Source of the DNA: Octopus sinensis
Taxonomy: Eukaryota
Direction: 5' to 3'
Assembly: GCF_006345805.1 (NCBI RefSeq)
Contig: NC_043003.1
Location: forward strand, 43,152,001-43,216,000
Length of the DNA: 64,000 nucleotides
The notes beneath the pieces were generated by a model. That model was given only the letters and a program-made list of their open reading frames with translations. It was not told the origin of the DNA and ran no database searches. This document shows positions 49,725 through 62,351 of the stretch, piece by piece. A program made the position numbers and the translations under genes. Each line of letters starts with the position of its first letter. Position 1 is the first letter of the stretch.

Positions 49725-49939
49725 CCGCAGCAACCACTAACACCACTACAACAACAGACACCAGAGCGAGGGCTACAGCAGCTGCTGCTGAAACATTAAC
49801 AACAACACCAAGAGAGACAATTGGACACACCATCATCCACAAACACCACGACGGCGCCGGCAGTAACTGCAGCTCGAACGAAGAAAGACTGGAGTGGAAA
49901 CAACTGCGCAACGGCAAGTAGAATGCACACCAATAACAA

Positions 49940-49942
49940 CCA

Positions 49943-50023
<81 letters not shown>

Positions 50024-50100
50024 CATTATTATTATTATTATTATTATTTTTTTTATTATTTTTTTTTTTATTATTATTATTATTGCTGTTGTTGTTGTTG

Positions 50101-50130
<30 letters not shown>
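49940..50130. repeat. (ATT)n microsatellite
   Basis: Visible directly in the sequence. Confidence 0.95.
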
Positions 50131-50131
<1 letters not shown>

Positions 50132-50139
50132 AGTCATTT

Positions 50140-51263
50140 ACTTTTAATCTGCATGTTTGATGCAATCACCTGCCGGGGCACACCCAGCGCCCTAGGGCAA
50201 GTGAAGGTTAAGAGTTGTTGAAATATAGCTGAAAGCTTGGGGAGGGGAAGTAGAGAAATATCTCCATGTAATACAAACACAAACATTTACATTGATAGGG
50301 TTTTTCTAAGGATGTGGGCAGTACTTGTTAGCACAATCTTTTGGATTTCCTTGAGACATGGTTTTCCAGGGATATTGTCTAGGTGTTCTGACATCCCTTT
50401 TTTATCATACCTAGGGCACCCACAATAACAGGAACAGTTTTTGTTTTAAGATTCCACATCCTCTGTATTTCGATTTCCAGGTCCTTATATTTACTAAGTT
50501 TGTCAATTCCTTGACAGATACATTTTTATCAGTAGGGACGCTTACTTCTATTAGTCTGCAGGTATTTCTTCCCTGTCTTTAACAATTATGTCTGGTCGAT
50601 TAGCCTTGATCGTTCTGTCAGTGTTGACTGGAAAATCCCAGAGGATGGTGACATCTTTACCTTCAACAACTGGCTGAGGATGGTGTTCATACCAGTTAGC
50701 AGGAGTGTCGGATTTGTAGTGTTACATATCTTCCAATGTATATACTGTCCTACCCTATCGTGGCGATTTTGTATTCGTTTGGTGTGTCAGCACAGGACAT
50801 CCCGAAACGAGATGGTCTATTGTTTCGTCAAAGTGTCACAGAATCTGCATTTAGGGTCAGTACCGTTTCGGAGAACGTTAGCCTGGTAATTTCTGGTAAA
50901 CAAGCTTTGATCTTGTGCTGCCATTATGAAGCCTTCAGTCTCTGCTTTCAATCCAGAACTCTTCAGCCACTGATGGGTTGTTGCTTGGTCTACATCAGCA
51001 TTTTGGCTTCGGAGAATGTATTGTCCATGCAGGGGCTTCTGGCTCCACCGCCTCTCAATTTGATTCTGCCCATTCTTTTTTGCAGTGGTTTCTGGCTCTT
51101 CACCTGATTCAAGGTTAATGCCTAGTTCCCTTTCGAACTTATAAGCTTCCTTGACAATAGAATGCAGCTTTTTGCTGCTTTCGTGTTCACACACAAGTCG
51201 CAGCATCCAGTCTTTTGTACTAGATAGGTACCTGTTCATTCCTACAGTAGAGGTCTTATAGCA

Positions 51264-51264
<1 letters not shown>
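50140..51264 (-). mobile_element. R4/Dong-clade element, 5'-truncated, another family
   Basis: WSQKPLHGQY, QWLKSSGLKAETEGFIMAAQDQSLFTRNY..CRFC. An RPDI-type RLE region follows, and both flanks are (ATT)n. Confidence 0.88.
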
Positions 51265-51319
<55 letters not shown>

Positions 51320-51594
51320 TATTATTATTATTATTATATTATTATTATTATTATTACTATTATTATTATTATTCAGTACTTATACGTGTTACGTATACGT
51401 CCTATTGATTTATTTTTTTACACGTACTTTCATTGAATCGCCGAGCACAAGTGTGTCGGCCTGGGTATGTGCTGTTTTTTTAAAGTTGTTTTTATTGTAT
51501 TGAAATTACATTAAGTAAGATGTTTGCAGTGCCTTGTAGGTCTATTTCAGTATGTTACATACGTCCTATTGATTTGTTTATGTATGTGTCTGTA

Positions 51595-51624
<30 letters not shown>

Positions 51625-51625
<1 letters not shown>

Positions 51626-53050
51626 AATTCCTACCTAATGCACCTATTATTAAGGGGATTATTTCAGCTTTCATATCAACATTCATGTCATCTCTATTTC
51701 CAGGCCTTTGTATTTTGAAAATTTCTGTTTTTTTTTTAGAGATATACTGTTGGGATTGGTATGTCGATTAGAGGTCATTTTCTGGTTTGGTACTCATTGA
51801 AAACAATAGCTTGCCTCTTGTCCTTCATTTCCCAGTCAGTGTGAATTGGTATAACCTGGAGAATGGTACTTTCGTCATTTTCTGAGAAATTTTCTGGGGC
51901 ATGATTATACCATTGTTTTTTTTTTCAGTTTTCACTCCTTAGTGCTGGCACACACTCGATCTTGTCAGTAGATATATTCCTTCTACGCCAGAATTGGGCA
52001 GCCAGAGACAATATGATTTTTTTCTTCCTCACCGCCACATATTCTGAAGTACCTGTACTTTTCTTCATTATGTGTTTTTGTGGGTTTCTATCGTGGAGGT
52101 TTTGATCTTTTCTGGCAAGTAAAAATCTTTCTATCCCGGCTTTGAGTTCCGATTTTATCAACCATTGTGGGAAATGAACTTTCTCATATTCTCGTCTGCT
52201 TAGCTTATCCCAGGATTGGCATATAAGGAATCTTAATGCCACTGTTTTATCATGGTATTTTGTAGTTTCCGTTTAGCTTGGAATTTAGCTACTTCAGAGT
52301 TGTCATTTCTTAATTTTCGTCATAGTTCCCAAGAAGTATGGCCCCCTTCCTTTTATTTTTCGGTTTCATTGAAGACTCAAAGCAGGTTTTTGTCTCTCTC
52401 ATTTGTAACAGTTTTCACTGATTTTGTGTCAGATATAACTATAGCCATATGGTGGATATTTTATTTTAGTTTTCTAATTGCATAAGCTTCTTCCGCCTTC
52501 AATGATTTGTATATATAACAATTCTATGTCAGATTTTGTGTGGTGCATTGCAAGTAATTTCATTGTTTTTTTTTTATTTTACTGTTTGCCATTTATCCAT
52601 GGCATGCCTTATATACTTTAATAATGTTGGTACTACCTTTTTCACAACTAGCGTTTCAAGGATCCTTGTCTAGGGGATACTGTTAAAAGCTTTCTGATAA
52701 TCGATCCATGCAGTGCTTAAACACTTCTTTTCTTTCGGCAGACTTCAATTGATTAATATCTGGGCTTAACAGCCATACGAACGTTTTCAGAAATTAGGAA
52801 TATTGTCATGCTCTAGTGCTTTCTATGTTTAATTTTTGCACTGTGTGTGTGCTTTGGCAGGATATGTTGCTTTAGATATTCTTTCTCGTGTCACGAACAT
52901 CGGGTTCGATAATTTAGTAGTCCTGCAGTATATATTTTTTTTCTCTCTTGTTAGTATTTTTAATGTCACAGATATTTTGGCTTTGCTATTTCGGTCTTCT
53001 TCCTGGTAGGATTTATGTGGGTAGCACATTACTACCTGTAACCTTAGGTA
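51625..53050 (-). mobile_element. R4/Dong-clade element, old and internally deleted
   Basis: The RT motif AWIDYQKAFNSIP (52676-52712), WYNHAPEK, and IIPLIIGALG near the 3' end. Confidence 0.7.
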
Positions 53051-53129
53051 TCTACAAGTTTTCAGCAGTCTTTCAAGTGCTTTGAACCCTCCTGATAATC
53101 CTTGTTGTCTCTTCCGTAGGAGGTCTACG

Positions 53130-53715
53130 GGCTTTCTATATCAATCTCCTTCAGACATTTGTCTCTGTCTTGGTTTACTGTTACCAGCGCTCCAATAATC
53201 ATAGGCACGACATTTACTGTTCGCATACTCCAAATTCTTCCTATTTCAAAATTTAAGGAATTGTATTTTTTTTTCTTTTTCTTACTTTTCCATTACGATC
53301 CTTGAATCAAATGGGTGTGATGGGTCGATAAGTAAGCAACTTCGCTTTGCCTCATCTCTAATTTTTACGACACGTCTATTACTTTCTAACAGCTTGTCCC
53401 ACAAGAATAGGAAAGTCCCACAAAATCTTACATTCTCCGACTCCAGTAATCTTTCGACTCAATGATTGTACCATGTACTCTCGGCATCAAATCCCCATTT
53501 CTGGCACAGTTTCTCTTGCAAAGCCTTTACAGCATAGACGTACCTCCATTTCTTATATTCTTCTTGTGCCAACTCAGGGCTTTCTGCGACAAGGTGTTCC
53601 ACTGTCTTGATCCAAGTTCTACAGGTTCTACATTTTTCTGACACATTCTCTCCACATATATTTTCTAACAAGTATATTTTTATCGCTTGATCTTGGGCTG
53701 CTACAATTAGTTTCT
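53130..53715 (-). mobile_element. R4/Dong-clade element, old fragment
   Basis: AAQDQAI..KCRTCRTWIKTVEHLVAE..WYNH..LWDF..IVPMIIGAL. Confidence 0.7.
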
Positions 53716-53967
53716 ATGTTTCTTTTCTTTTGTATTGTTGGTGATGGTGGTAGCACTGTCGTAGGCTATTGTTCTCTCTGACTATTACCTGTAGATGCGG
53801 TGGCTTTGTTGCCATCATTCCTCTTCCGTCTCTGATCGTTTTTGATGCTTTTGCGTTTGTTTTCGTTCTTGTAGTTGACTGTGTTGGTGGTATAGCCTTT
53901 GTCGTTATTGATTTGGTGCACTTTCTACAGCCTTCGAAAATTGAGTGCTAACATTCATCCTCCTCGA

Positions 53968-53984
53968 CATTATTATTATTATTA

Positions 53985-54032
<48 letters not shown>

Positions 54033-54265
54033 CATTATTATTATTATTATCATTATTATTATTATTATTATTATTATATATTATTATTATATTATTATTA
54101 TTATTATTATCATCATCATTATTTTCTTTCTTTCTTCAAATTTTCTTCCGTTTCTCGCCGAGTGCTTTCCGTACACCTAGGGCAGTAAAGCTCATCGTAT
54201 GCATTCCCAGATACACACGCAAATTCACAGGTGTTATTATTATTATTATTATTGTTATTATTATA

Positions 54266-54317
<52 letters not shown>

Positions 54318-54330
54318 ATTATTATTATTA
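53968..54330. repeat. (ATT)n microsatellite interrupted by a Dong 3' stub
   Basis: Visible directly in the sequence. Confidence 0.95.
54123..54235 (-). mobile_element. About 110-bp extreme 3' stub of an R4/Dong element
   Basis: TCTTCAAATTTTCTTCCGTTTCTCGCCGAGTG..CCTAGGGCA matches the 3' end of the 42345 element (42355-42408). Confidence 0.75.
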
Positions 54331-57152
54331 TTTGTAATATAGCTACACCAGCATCGGTTGCAGTAGAAGAGTAAATCTATTATATTACTATGTTACGTTA
54401 ATATATATTTTATCTAATATTAGAAAACAGTGATTTCTATTTGCTAATACAACTATAGATTATTTTGAAGTTATGAATCTTCAACATAAAAAAAAGACTA
54501 ATCATAAAAATAACCACAGTCCCTGCGTTGTTTTGTTTTGTAAATTTCTTATTAACACAACATATAAATAATACTTTGTATTTGATAACTATATTTCCCA
54601 ACCAAATTCTGCACAATATTATAGTTACTCAATATTCCTATATGAATTATGAAAACATTATTGTTGCCTGTCTCAAACAATGTTTGTTATTGTTGTATCA
54701 AAGCTACTGTAGTTTTGATTATTTTCATAGAAAATATCAAAATATGTTCATCTTTCTTGTTAAATAAATATCGAAGCAATTACACATGAGGTATATGAAA
54801 GAGAAGTAAAGGTTTATTTTATATTAGTAGTCAACAAATTTTATATTAGATACGCTCATCTTATTGGCAATATATTGGCAAACTTCTACAAAGACTAGAA
54901 GTTTGCAAAATACAGGTTTTTGTCAAATATTTCATTAGAAATGAATGAAACAGTTGCTTTTAGAATATCGGAGGTGATAATCGTGATATAATAGCTTTTA
55001 GTAAAACAAAATTTATGTTAAATAAGTTATACTATCAGTAACCAAAGCTCGCGTTTAGATTTTCTTTAACGATGTTATTGGAATTTCTATTGACAATGTC
55101 TCTGTCGATGGCTTGTGATTTTCACTTGGTTTGTTTTCATTTAAGTATTTACACAATGACAGAGAAAGACCCTCAAAACGTAACAACTGTTATGTTCAAA
55201 TATCAAATCATACCTCACGATGTTATAAAAAGTGAACTCAAAACCCAATTAGATACCCAGATGAAGTGTGAGAGTATACTGAGGAATAGAACCAACTCAT
55301 TCGCTATCTTGTGGGCATTTCCTGTTTGAAAATTCAGAATCCAGTTCTCTTTAAGTTAACTGTATTATATTCAAACCAGTTAGAGATAAAATTCTAGCAT
55401 AACCTAGCTTTCTTTGATATACATGTAACAGGAGGTGTTGAGCTTATCACTGTTCCCACTATTACAGTCATCTCGCAGCTTGGAAGGGCAGGTTGTTCCA
55501 ATCTTGAAACAACTATTTTCAGCTAGGCGAATTACTCAAATTGAGAAGCAAATGTCTTGGCAACTAACAAATGCAGTGTTGGTATCAGGATGCACACCAC
55601 AAAATTTTCAGCTGTTTGCACAATAACTGATCATCGTGTACATCCTCGCTTTCATATATAATGATTTACTGATTTACATCAAACAATCGTTATTATTTGA
55701 TCACATTCCAATATTTGTATGTGTATATGTATGTGTCTCTATGTGTGAGTATGCGGATGCTTTATGTTTGTATGCGAACGTGTGTGTAGGATGACGTTGT
55801 GAATATACCTCAATGCACAAAGCAGTAACATAATTAGATTCTCGCCAATAGATGATGCAACAATGGTAGGATTACTAAATAATTAAGAAAATATTCAAGA
55901 TGGGCTAAATTATATATGTTTGTTAATTCATTGAACTTCCTAGCGATGTCACAGCAGGAAATATTTTGAAATGGATTTCGAACCATTGTCTTGGGAGTTC
56001 CTAAACCTGGCAGCAACTAGTAACTCATTATACTATTTACCATTTAGATAAAGGAGTGATTCCTACGCACAAACGTGCGACATAGCTGAAACATTGGAGA
56101 CTAGAAATATTCAATTACGAACAATCTTTCTCTCTCTCTCTCTCTCACACACACACGCGCAGACACACACACATACTCGACTCACACACACACACATACA
56201 TGCCCGTACACACACACACACACACATACATATATATCCACTTCTATACATGAATGTATGTGCATCTATGTGTATGCATATGAATTTTTATGCATATATA
56301 TTTATATATATATATATATATTTAATAAGACACACACACACACATATATATATATTTGTTCATATATGTGTATAAATACATATACACGAATATATATATA
56401 CTTCTGTGAAGATATATATATATGTGTGTGTGTGTGTGTGTAATTATATATATACCAATATATTTGTAAATGTATAATGTATTTATGTATATACGGGTGC
56501 GTAAGGGGTGGCATTGTGAACATGTGAGTTTGTGTGAATCTGTAAATATTCTTGTATGCGAGTGTTTGAGCGCGCGCGTTTGTGAAAGAGACCCTTTGAT
56601 CTTGCATAATATGGAAAGCGGCTTCCAAGTTATCAGTTACGCAAACCACAAAACCATAATGATACATAATCATTCCATACGATTTCTCATCCAACCCACA
56701 AACCATTCTAGAATATATGCTCCGCTAGTCTTGGTTATTATAAAGTCTCAAACACTGATCATTGCTTTATGACTTCAGTACAGCTTGATCTGCAGTGAAA
56801 ATTAACCGTATATCCCATTAGTGAAACTATCAAGGAATGCGAGTGCACACGACAACCCAATACTTAAACATAATAAACATGACACCACATATGTTTCTCA
56901 GGAGGGAATAAATTATAGCGAAAAAGATGCTTCCCCGTTGATTCACGCTTAAAGGGTTTCATATCTAATTTATACTTAGGACAATTGTCCAAATTAATTG
57001 CAAACTACACACATTCATACTCACAAATACACATATAAACAGATTAACGCACTTACACGATAGCACATACATTCATTCGTAGACAAAACCTATGGATACA
57101 TAAGCATATGCAAAAATATATATTTATAAATACATATATGTAGTATATATAC

Positions 57153-57207
<55 letters not shown>

Positions 57208-58189
57208 GTACACGCATATATATATATGTATACATACATATATACACACACATATGTGTAAATAATTGTGATATATATGTATAACTCTATGTATGTGTGC
57301 ATACACAGACACAGACATACGCATACATACTCACGTGTCTACGTATTACTGTGCTTCTATAGCAGAGAATATAACCACATAATAACTCACACAATAATGG
57401 TTTGCTTTTGTATACGATGGGCGTTTGTTGCGAGCGAGTATATGTGTGTGTTTACGGTCGTTTATGCATGCTAATGTGGAAGCGTCAATGTGCCCCTGTA
57501 TGTGTGTGCTCGCATGTGTGGGTAATATGCGTGTTTATACGAGCAGAGGATGTACACTCTTGCGTATTTTAATGCATATGTTAGCGTGTGATTGTATAGC
57601 AATAAATGTTTCTGCATCAGAGAACTTGAATAAATATAGGTCTACACATGCAAGTGTGCCAGTAGCAGAAACATGCTAGGATTTCTTGATTTCTTATTGT
57701 GATCCTATTTACAAGCACACACACACACACATATGAACACACATATTATATATATATATATATATATATATACGCACACTTGCACGCATGCTAACAAACA
57801 GTTATGTTATAAGTCAGTATGAGAGTCGACGAAAATTGAGTGTACGAAGGACTCAACAGATGTCAAGAGGCTAGTTAGAATTATTTAATGAATAAATTCA
57901 AATTTTGCAGTGTCCGCTTCGGCTTATTCGAACTTAGCTCTAATAGCACGAAGGTTGTGACCAAACTGGAGCAATACAATAGTGGAGGTCGCAATCTCGA
58001 ATCGAATATATATGTGTGTGTGTGTGTGTGAGTGTATGTGTGTATGTGTGAGTGTGTGTGTGTGTGGTGTGTGTGTGTGTGTGTGTGTCTGTGTAGAAAT
58101 ATAGAAATATTAAAGGAGCAAAAATACTGGAGATTCAATATACACCACGTGGCAAAATTACACACACACACACACACATACACACACAT

Positions 58190-58220
<31 letters not shown>

Positions 58221-58699
58221 GAGACTTTCTCCCTCTCGCACACACACACACACATACACAAACACACACACACACGCATATATACATATTTATATGTGCG
58301 TGTGTGTGCATATGTGACTATGTGTGTGTGTTTTTGTGTGTGCGTATGTATGTATGTAATTATTATTTAATTACGTTTCCTTTCCATGGTGCACTTCGTA
58401 TATTAGTGAATGGATGATTTGGGGAACAGCCTTCTTCTTGGCATTTCATGCATATTCACAACTGCGCGTCAGAGATCTGCTCATGGTGTTCGGAATCTCT
58501 GATTTCTTACTCCACTCCGAGTTGGTGATAACATTTGTATTGTGCATCCATGTTCCGTTCGTGGAGTTGGTATAAATACCAGTCACAAAATTATGCATAC
58601 ACACACACACGCACACACACACACAAACCACACAGACATGTATTTATGTAATGCAGTTCTATGTTGAAGAGATGAGGAATTATGTACATTATTTACATA

Positions 58700-58835
58700 T
58701 GACGTAGTGGTTAAGAGCGCGGGCTACTAACCCCAAGATTCTGAGTTCGATTCCAGGCAGTAAACGGAATAATAATGATAATTCAACTACTACTACAACT
58801 ACTACTACTACTATTATTACTACTACTACTACTCC

Positions 58836-58869
<34 letters not shown>

Positions 58870-59070
58870 ACTACTACTACTACTATTACTACTACTACTA
58901 ATAATAATAACAACAACAACAACATCGTAAAATACCTTACGAATGAGAACCCAGGTTCGAAATTTCCCCAGAAACCTGATGAAGGCTGGAGGGTATATCA
59001 GTCGAAACGTTGTGTTAACACGAAACAAGATGAGGTCAAAAATCCGTCAAATGTAAAGAATGTATATATT
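58700..59070 (+). mobile_element. tRNA-headed, hammerhead-bearing short retroelement (PLE pLTR-type)
   Basis: A box TGACGTAGTGG (58700) and B box GAGTTCGATTCC (58743), an expanded (TAC/TAA/CAA)n linker, then CCTTACGAATGAGAACCCA (also present after the 36045 head) and an HHR. Confidence 0.75.
58971..59016 (+). ncRNA. Minimal type I hammerhead ribozyme motif
   Basis: GAAAC-CTGATGA-A-GGCTGG-AGGGTATA-TCAGTC-GAAAC-GT-T-GTGTT. The core is intact, helix II has 6 bp including two G-U pairs, helix III is the palindrome ACGT, the triplet is GUU, and helix I has one mismatch. Confidence 0.7.
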
Positions 59071-59548
59071 TATGTAGTAGCAAAATTTACGTTAGTTGAA
59101 ATATTTTCATGACATATTCCGAATTCACTGAGTTACCGGGGAGAAAAATGATCTCTTATTGTAAAATTGTCCAGAAACACCATCTCTGTCTGATGCTACC
59201 CGCTGTCAGATTCCTGTTCTAGCTCTTTAAACGTTACCAATGGGAAATATCGAAGAGAGAGAACTCTCCGGCTGTTTATTAGCACACCCGAGTCAATGCT
59301 GTTGACTGTATTTTAGTTAAAGCTACGGATTTAGTTAAACCTGCGCAGAGTAGCTTCTCCTCCGCATTGCGGGTGGATACTGGTTAAAGATCTAGAAATG
59401 CATCTTGGGATCCGACAAGGGATAGCACTGGACAGATGTGGTGTTTGTTCTTACATCATTTTACCATTAAAATAGAATTTTTCTCCACGAAAACTGAGGT
59501 GAATTTTCCATTAGAAGTTGAAATATTTTAACTAACCTAAGGTTTACT

Positions 59549-59591
<43 letters not shown>

Positions 59592-61150
59592 GTGTGTGTT
59601 ATTATACATATGTATTGAAGGGACTGTAAAAGCTCGAAAGCATCGGTAGAGAATTCCTAATACTGATGAGGCTACAGAATTAGCAGAAAATAAAAGTTGC
59701 CGATCAATATCGGGATTTCTCGTCCGGTGCTTTCGGGTGATTATACTCCCTTTCTCTGCACATGCATGCAATTAAGTGTTTTAACTACAGCATTAGAGCT
59801 TTTTCAGTTCTTATTTATAGCAATGAAGATCTACTAATACCCTAGTCATATTTAGTGACAAATAAAATTTTCCATTTCGATAAAACATAGCACATGGCTG
59901 TCTACATTAATTATATATATATATATTTATTTATATATCGAAAGAAGAGGTGTATTTTCACGCAGAAAAAATATATAGAAAAATTTTTTGGAAAATGCAC
60001 CTGAACTTGAAAAGCTTGTAATTGTCTCTACATAAAATTATTTTCATACATACCAAACTAGTTTTAACAATATTTTTTTTTGATCAATGTTAAAAATTAA
60101 AACTTGCTAAGTAGAAAAACATGTTTAAAGGATTCAATTTTAATAAAATTCAATAATATCAAATATGATGTAAATCTTCACAGCATTCAATAATATTTAA
60201 AAAATATAGATCATAATATGTAAATGCCCGAATTTTAATAGTGTTAGAAGTGATCAATAAGAAATGTGGATCACGTTCGGTCATACTGAATTAAGAGGGA
60301 GAAAAACAAGGGAGAAATGCAGATTGCATAAAAAGATTTTGGTTACGGTTTATGTTATTCTTTTTCGGTCGTGCGCAAAGATTTTTGCTTTAGCGGCGTT
60401 TTTTTTTTAATCCAATGTATTCATAAATTTTTTCCGTGAACTGATTTGATTTTTGATTCGTTATGGTACTGATGACTAGTGGTCAAGTTTGTCCTTCTGC
60501 CTGGTTGACTTCACTATGAGGAACAGTTATCAACTGTTGCAGATGTTTGATTCTCTTAAATAGCCAGTTTGTAATATTTACTGAAGTTCGGTTTGGATTG
60601 GCAGTAAAATTTCATTGGTCTAGAGTTAGGTGACGTCGGCAACTGGTGTTTGTATGGTGTTATTGTGTGGTGATTTAGAGTTTCTGTTTGGAATTATGTC
60701 TGTTGTTGTATATGGCTGTTGCTTTTTGTTGGTGAAATTTTAACTTTTAGCGTTTTTTCTTCTTTCTAAAGGGTATTCAGCTGTGGTTTACATTTTTTAA
60801 TGAACATGCTCTTCTTATTCAAACGGACTTGAGTTGAAGTGCTCTGATGCATTGATAGAGAGGGGTGTTATGATATTTTGGGTTTACGTTTGTGGAGTAT
60901 TAGTCTAAATGTTTGCTTACGGAAATTTTCCTGGTCGTGGGGTCCCAGATTTGTTGCCTGCTTACCGTCAGTCTGTCACTTAAGGTCAAAATAGTTTGAA
61001 CTATGTAGTCTCCATCAAACACTCCACATTAAGTTCTTCGATTAAATTACATTCATCTATGCCCGAGAAAAGATATATATTTATGGTAAAAGCTTGACCT
61101 GACTTAAATTTGTATGCTGAACCGTCCAAGACGAAGATGCAAGTCCCGCA

Positions 61151-61198
<48 letters not shown>

Positions 61199-61204
61199 AT
61201 AATA

Positions 61205-62328
61205 ACAAAGGGTAAAATCTTTGTTGAACCAAGCCCAGCAAAATTCACCAGCGGTGTCCCCCAGGGGACTGTCTTGGGCCCGCTACTCTTTATAATTTAC
61301 ATAAACGACCTTTCCAGTGTCGTACATTAGTGTAAAGTGAAAATATTTGCTGATGACACTAAGCTCCAGCAAATCGTCAATGAAGAAGAAGACCGAACTC
61401 AACTCTAGTCTGATCTATATGCTGTGAGTCAATGGGCAGACAGAAACAAAATGCAACTGAATGAGGGGAAATTTGAGCTCATGCATTTTGGAAGAAATTC
61501 CTCACTAAAACAATCATACTCTCTTCCTTCAGGGGAACCGCTCACAGTCTCTAACAATATCAGAGACCTGGGTGTATTTGTTGATGACGATCTCAGTTGG
61601 AGTGCACACATCAACAATAAGGTCGATATAGCTCGTAGGATGAGTTCCTGGATCTTAAGAACTTTCCGGTCCAGAGAACAAGGTGTCATCATACCACTTT
61701 TCTCCTCCTTTGTACGGCCACACCTCGAATACTGCTGCCCACTGTGGTCTCCCCATACAAGACAAAACATCTCGAGGATTGAATCACCCCAGAAGGCACT
61801 CACTAAACGAATTGAAGACATGGCTGCTCTCGATTATTGGGACCGCCTTAAAGCCTTGAAACTCTACTATCTCCAGCGTCGCCGTGAGCGGTACATCATT
61901 TGTACGATGCGGAGAATATACCGCCAACTTTGCCCAAACAACCTGAACATTAGCTTCAAGGTTCATCCATGACTGGGACCACGGGCCATACGTCCCCTGC
62001 CCAATTCAAGATCACAGCATACATGTACACCGCAACATAATTTCTTTTCCCCAACAGGCCCTGCCCTATTTAACATTGTCCCGAAAGAGATCAAAGAGGA
62101 AAAGGATCCCATCAACTTTAAACGGAGTCTGGATAGATTCCTTCAAGGAATACCAGATAAGCCACCCATAATTGGATACAAATCACCCAACAAAAACTCA
62201 CTACTTGAATGGACCATAAACAAAACTTGACTTAAACAGGATTCAGATAATCCTATCAGGTGGTGCTATTAAGTTAGACATGGCCTGGACCAATCTCTGG
62301 TCGAAACATATCTAAGTTTATCTAAGTT
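61205..62328 (+). mobile_element. CR1/L2-group LINE, 5'-truncated, with stop codons
   Basis: RT motifs [21 protein letters not shown] and IFADDTKL, then RDLGV, VRPHLEYCCPLWSPH and LQRRRERY. It ends in a 3' stem-loop and a (TCTAAGTT)2 tail. Confidence 0.93.
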
Positions 62329-62351
62329 CATATATATATATATATATATAT

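Noticed and set aside
60450-61080. Possible decayed Penelope RT on the minus strand
   Set aside because: Only faint motif echoes are present amid many stops, which is not enough to call.
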